A stretch of DNA of 64,000 bases, taken from assembly GCA_044892505.1 (NCBI GenBank), contig CM097884.1, positions 115,382,001 to 115,446,000 of the forward strand. The letters are read 5' to 3'. The notes below the pieces were generated by a model. That model saw nothing but the letters and a program-made list of their open reading frames with translations, was not told the DNA's origin and made no database searches. The position numbers and the translations under genes were made by a program. Each line of letters begins with the position of its first letter. The first letter of the stretch is position 1. Source of the DNA: Schmidtea nova. Its lineage: Eukaryota. Positions 62,618 through 64,000 of the stretch are shown here, piece after piece.

Positions 62618-63740
62618 TAAGCATGGCTCTCGGCAATACCCTTGCGTTGCGTTGGAGTGAGTGGATAGAGAATTGTGTGGTGAGGATGGACAGATGGAAA
62701 CCGTTTTTATTCCAATTGTTCTTGAATGATAGTGACGAGTTTCTCCATTCGTGTATCATAATACGCCCAATCACGAACTATTTGAAGACAATGAGTAAGA
62801 TTACAAAACTCTTCCGGATAATTTGGCTTGATTTTCAGTGCTGTGATATACGACCCAATTGCTTCATTGATATTACTCGAATCTTTGTAGACACTTGCCA
62901 AATTTGAATGAGCATCGGCAAAAGTTGGCTTGATTTGAATAGCGCATTGAAAACATTGTACAGCATTCGGTAAATCTTGTAATTCCTTGAAAATGTTACC
63001 CATATTTAAGTATGCATCGGCAGTTTAGTGATATTTTAATGGCTTCTTGGTAATTATTTAGGGCGCTTTATAAATGGTCTTGCAATTGCAACATACTAGC
63101 CAGATTGGAATGGGCAACGGCAAATTATGAATAAATTTTCAATGCCTTTTTATAAAGATTCATTGCCCCTTCATTGAGATCTTATTCACGTTTAATAATG
63201 ACCAAATTGTTTAGTGAATCTGAGTGGTTTGGATTCAATCTCAGAGCCGTATTACAGCACTTTTCTGCTTCAAGCACATTACTTTTCTCTTTCAATGCAT
63301 TGGCTAGATTGCAATACGCGTCGAGAAAATAAGGCTGCAATTCAATAGCTTTGCGATAGCTGACAATAGCAAGGTCATACAGACCCTGTTCGTAATAGAC
63401 ACAAGCAAGATTCTCGTACAAAATAGGATTATCAGAATCCAAAGTTAATGCTTTGGTATAAGTGGCAACGGCACGATCGAATATCTTTGCATCTTTAAAG
63501 ATATGACCAAGATTAACATGGGCATCTAAAAAATTCGGATAGAGAGTCACGGCCTTTTCTAAGTGATGAATTGTGAGTCGAATGTCACCTTGTGCACGAA
63601 AAATGCATCCCATATAACTCCAAGCTATTGAAAATGTAGGATAAGTTTACATTGCTTTCAAATAGAATGACTTTGATTTTTCTAGTTTACCCAGAGCTTC
63701 AAATAAATTCCCAAGATTTGAATAAACTTCAGCTTTCTGA
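62618..63740 (-). pseudogene. OGT: O-GlcNAc transferase (OGT) TPR-region pseudogene
   Basis: [13 protein letters not shown]...IFDRAVA...[10 protein letters not shown]...[12 protein letters not shown]...[12 protein letters not shown]...CLQIVRDW...PSVHPHH align to OGT; several in-frame stops and a frameshift. Confidence 0.9.
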
Positions 63741-64000
63741 AATTCTGACACCATTTTAGTAATTAACCTTTTCCAATTGACTGGGGAATAAGTATATACT
63801 TCCCAAATAATAAGATTCGAAGTTATTTAAGATCGAATTTACAATAAATGTTAAAAAAATATAACAACCACTAATTTTTTTTTTCGAAAAATTCTCACCT
63901 AAATCAAACACAAAAAAAACTGATTATTTAAACAATCCTAAATAAAAGAATCAAATTAAATGATATTTCTATACATAATATAAATTTCTTTTTAACACAA

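Noticed and set aside
62633-62642. Possible second TIR of the hAT starting at 60915
   Set aside because: The bases are part of the OGT reading frame (RKGIAESH), so the resemblance is probably coincidental.

Overview
AT-rich animal scaffold with several N-gaps. Host introns are mostly short (42-56 nt); the features are compatible with a flatworm such as a planarian, but the host cannot be identified from sequence alone. The dominant feature is a 24,105-bp LTR retroelement on the minus strand (2023-26127). It has two near-identical 3,878-bp TG...CA LTRs, a 4-bp ATTG target-site duplication and a tRNA-Pro-type primer-binding site. No reverse transcriptase, RNase H, integrase or recognisable Gag is visible, although one 321-N gap lies inside it. 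Instead it carries eight intact, intronless, co-oriented ORFs: a RING protein, a UBL-like/retropepsin/ankyrin polyprotein, a full-length TRAF, a BIR-BIR-UBA-RING IAP, three coiled-coil orphans and a type I membrane protein. Each has a YAG splice-acceptor-like site 0-6 nt before a plausible ATG. The element is nested in an older decayed Gypsy. The rest of the window holds host genes (LSm4, a CREC-family EF-hand gene, the 3' exons of a Vang/Strabismus gene), pseudogenes (AGC kinase, OGT) and decayed transposons (three hATs, a hAT MITE, CsRn1-type Gypsy, mariner, Merlin and MULE fragments).
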